NCBI GenBank assembly: GCA_964605645.1
Contig: CAZSDJ010000007.1
Span: forward strand, 1 to 24,000
Direction of reading: 5' to 3'
DNA: 24,000 nucleotides
From: an uncultured Planctomycetia bacterium
Lineage (GTDB): Bacteria; Omnitrophota; Gorgyraeia; Duberdicusellales; 4484-171
Every line of letters starts with the position of its first letter. Within the stretch, counting starts at the first letter, position 1. This document shows positions 22,759 through 24,000 of this stretch, one piece after another. Under the pieces are notes generated by a model. The model made no database searches, was not told the DNA's origin, and worked only from the letters and a program-made list of their open reading frames with translations. Both the position numbers and the translations under genes were made by a program.

Positions 22759-23646
22759 ATGATTCAAAAAATTAAAAAAGCACAAGCATTAACAGAAATG
22801 GCAATATTTGGAACGTTGATATTGCTTTGTTTTTATTACTTATTAACTTATATCCAGAGAATGAATGAAACTCAATATGTGACTCAAGAAGCTTTTCGGA
22901 ATGCACTGGAAAGAGCATCTGACTCAAGTGTAGGCTCGGTAAGCTATGTAAATTTTTCTAATAAACGCCAAGCCAATCTTTATTCTCCGGTTGTAGGAGA
23001 AAGAAGCCAAATAAGCGGCTCTGGACAAATATATTGGGGAACTCCTCCTATTACCTATACTGACGAAGGTGCAGTAGAAACTGGTGAGCTTGCAGCCCAC
23101 GCTTACTATAAATTTAATAAAGATGAGCGTGAATTAAGCGGTATTTTGGCTGGAGAAGAAAGCCCAGCTGTTGAGCTAAGTAGCGGGTCACTTAATGTTT
23201 TGGTAAATAGATTAGGTTCAAGTCTTCAAGGTACAATTAACGCTTACGCTGGCGAAGATGAAACAGTTTTAGGCGATACAAGTATTACCGGCGTTAGCAG
23301 TTCTGTAGGCTCATCCCACCTGGAAGATGTGGTAAATACTACATTACAGCAAAATAATGAAAATAATGAAGATGCAAGTGAGAATGAGATAGAGATAGAT
23401 TCTTATGTAAAGGTAAATGCTTCTACACAAATAAATTATAATAATTCGAATATTACGACTAACCAATCAGGGAAGGTAGAAGATAAAGTGATTTATACTA
23501 TAAATGATAAAGACGGGAATCCGCTTTATAGTATTGATCAAGGCCTTGGCCAAGATGGTTATTATAGTCATACGGATGTGGATAAAGAAGTTGATAATGT
23601 AATGTTACCGGGCGATAGCCCGAGACAATGGATAGCAGTGAAATGA
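22759..23646 (+). CDS. large pilin-like protein P7 (TadE/TadG-like minor pilin or tip/adhesin candidate)
   Basis: 295 aa. Begins MIQKIKKA|QALTEMAIFGTLILLCFYYLL…, followed by a ~260-aa soluble S/G/N/E-rich region. Confidence 0.6.
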   Translation: MIQKIKKAQALTEMAIFGTLILLCFYYLLTYIQRMNETQYVTQEAFRNALERASDSSVGSVSYVNFSNKRQANLYSPVVGERSQISGSGQIYWGTPPITYTDEGAVETGELAAHAYYKFNKDERELSGILAGEESPAVELSSGSLNVLVNRLGSSLQGTINAYAGEDETVLGDTSITGVSSSVGSSHLEDVVNTTLQQNNENNEDASENEIEIDSYVKVNASTQINYNNSNITTNQSGKVEDKVIYTINDKDGNPLYSIDQGLGQDGYYSHTDVDKEVDNVMLPGDSPRQWIAVK

Positions 23647-23876
23647 AATTAATAAAAAAAACAGAAGTTACTTTAGAATTAGCGGTTACTTTTGTGGTTT
23701 TTTGCCTCTTTATTTTAGGCATAATCAATATTTGGGTTTGGGGGCACGCCCAAATTGCAGGAAGAAGCAATAGTTATGAACAGAGTCGAAGAGAAGCTGG
23801 CAATCAAGATCCTGGCCGTCCGGCAGGTTATAATCCTAGTAGTTTAACCGAAGAGGAAGTGATTTTAAGCAATTAA
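23643..23876 (+). CDS. TadE-like pseudopilin P8
   Basis: The ATG at 23643 overlaps the P7 stop (ATGA). Begins MKLIKKT|EVTLELAVTFVVFCLFILGIINIW…. The ORF-track start at 23628 is 5 codons upstream. Confidence 0.6.
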   Translation: MKLIKKTEVTLELAVTFVVFCLFILGIINIWVWGHAQIAGRSNSYEQSRREAGNQDPGRPAGYNPSSLTEEEVILSN

Positions 23877-23884
23877 GTATATCA

Positions 23885-24000
23885 ATGATTTTGTATAAAA
23901 GAAAAAAAGTTCAATCAGCAATAGAATATGCAGCTTTGATTGCTGTAGTAGCGGGTGCATTATTAGCATTTAGTGTTTATTTTAAAAGAGCTACTCAAGG
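23885..24000 (+). CDS. pilin-like protein P9 (5' part only, truncated by the window end)
   Basis: Hand-translated: MILYKRKKV|QSAIEYAALIAVVAGALLAFSVYFKRATQG…. It has the same signal and post-helix YFKR-x-QG motif as P4-P6. It is absent from the ORF track because it runs off the window. Confidence 0.6.
   Translation, partial: MILYKRKKVQSAIEYAALIAVVAGALLAFSVYFKRATQ

Noticed and set aside
23498-23770. 90-aa antisense ORF across the P7/P8 junction
   Set aside because: It lies opposite two coupled pilin-like genes and has no supporting signal.
1-24000. Search by eye for tRNA, rRNA, tmRNA, a DGR (reverse transcriptase plus template/variable repeats), or integron attC sites
   Set aside because: No cloverleaf-compatible sequence was seen in the few intergenic regions. 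There is no RT-like ORF. The pilin C-termini show no near-identical repeat pair that could serve as TR/VR.

Overview
AT-rich (by eye about one-third G+C), gene-dense bacterial window. The secretin, the TonB_C domain and the lipoproteins indicate a diderm. I cannot place the lineage without a database search. All family calls come from motif recognition in the supplied translations, and no search was run. Contents in order. (1) 61-3863, + strand: a CsgG-like protein, a small lipoprotein, a PNPOx-like protein and two tandem DUF21-CBS (CNNM/TlyC-type) membrane proteins. A diverged orphan copy of the last 63 nt of the second gene follows. (2) 4116-6480, - strand: a tight four-gene operon of PIN-like, YbjQ, membrane-anchored YbjQ-like and M48 metallopeptidase genes. 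(3) 6545-13202, + strand: a promoter-led, translationally coupled operon of a SurA/PrsA-like PPIase, CpaB, a CpaC/RcpA secretin carrying a C-terminal TonB_C domain, a fused TadZ/CpaE-TadA/CpaF ATPase, and a second stand-alone CpaF-type ATPase. (4) 13203-20700: an accessory-looking interval. It holds hairpin/REP-like repeats, two intrinsic terminators, a large polytopic membrane/TPR protein, a hypothetical membrane protein, an AbiEi/AbiEii module, a RelE/RHH module, a RAYT (REP-associated Y1 transposase) with three copies of a 28-bp palindrome, and a 478-aa HTH protein bracketed by two of those palindromes. (5) 20858-24000, + strand: nine tandem small ORFs. Each has a class III (type IV pilin/Flp/TadE-like) signal of the form (K/R)(A/G/T/V)|QSxxEY followed by a hydrophobic helix. 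The standout is a non-canonical, split Tad/Epd-like type IV filament locus. It has an unusually large pilin repertoire, archaeal-looking pilin signals, two ATPases (one fused to TadZ) and a secretin-TonB_C fusion. No TadB/TadC platform genes and no prepilin peptidase are present in the window. No rRNA, tRNA or CRISPR array was seen.
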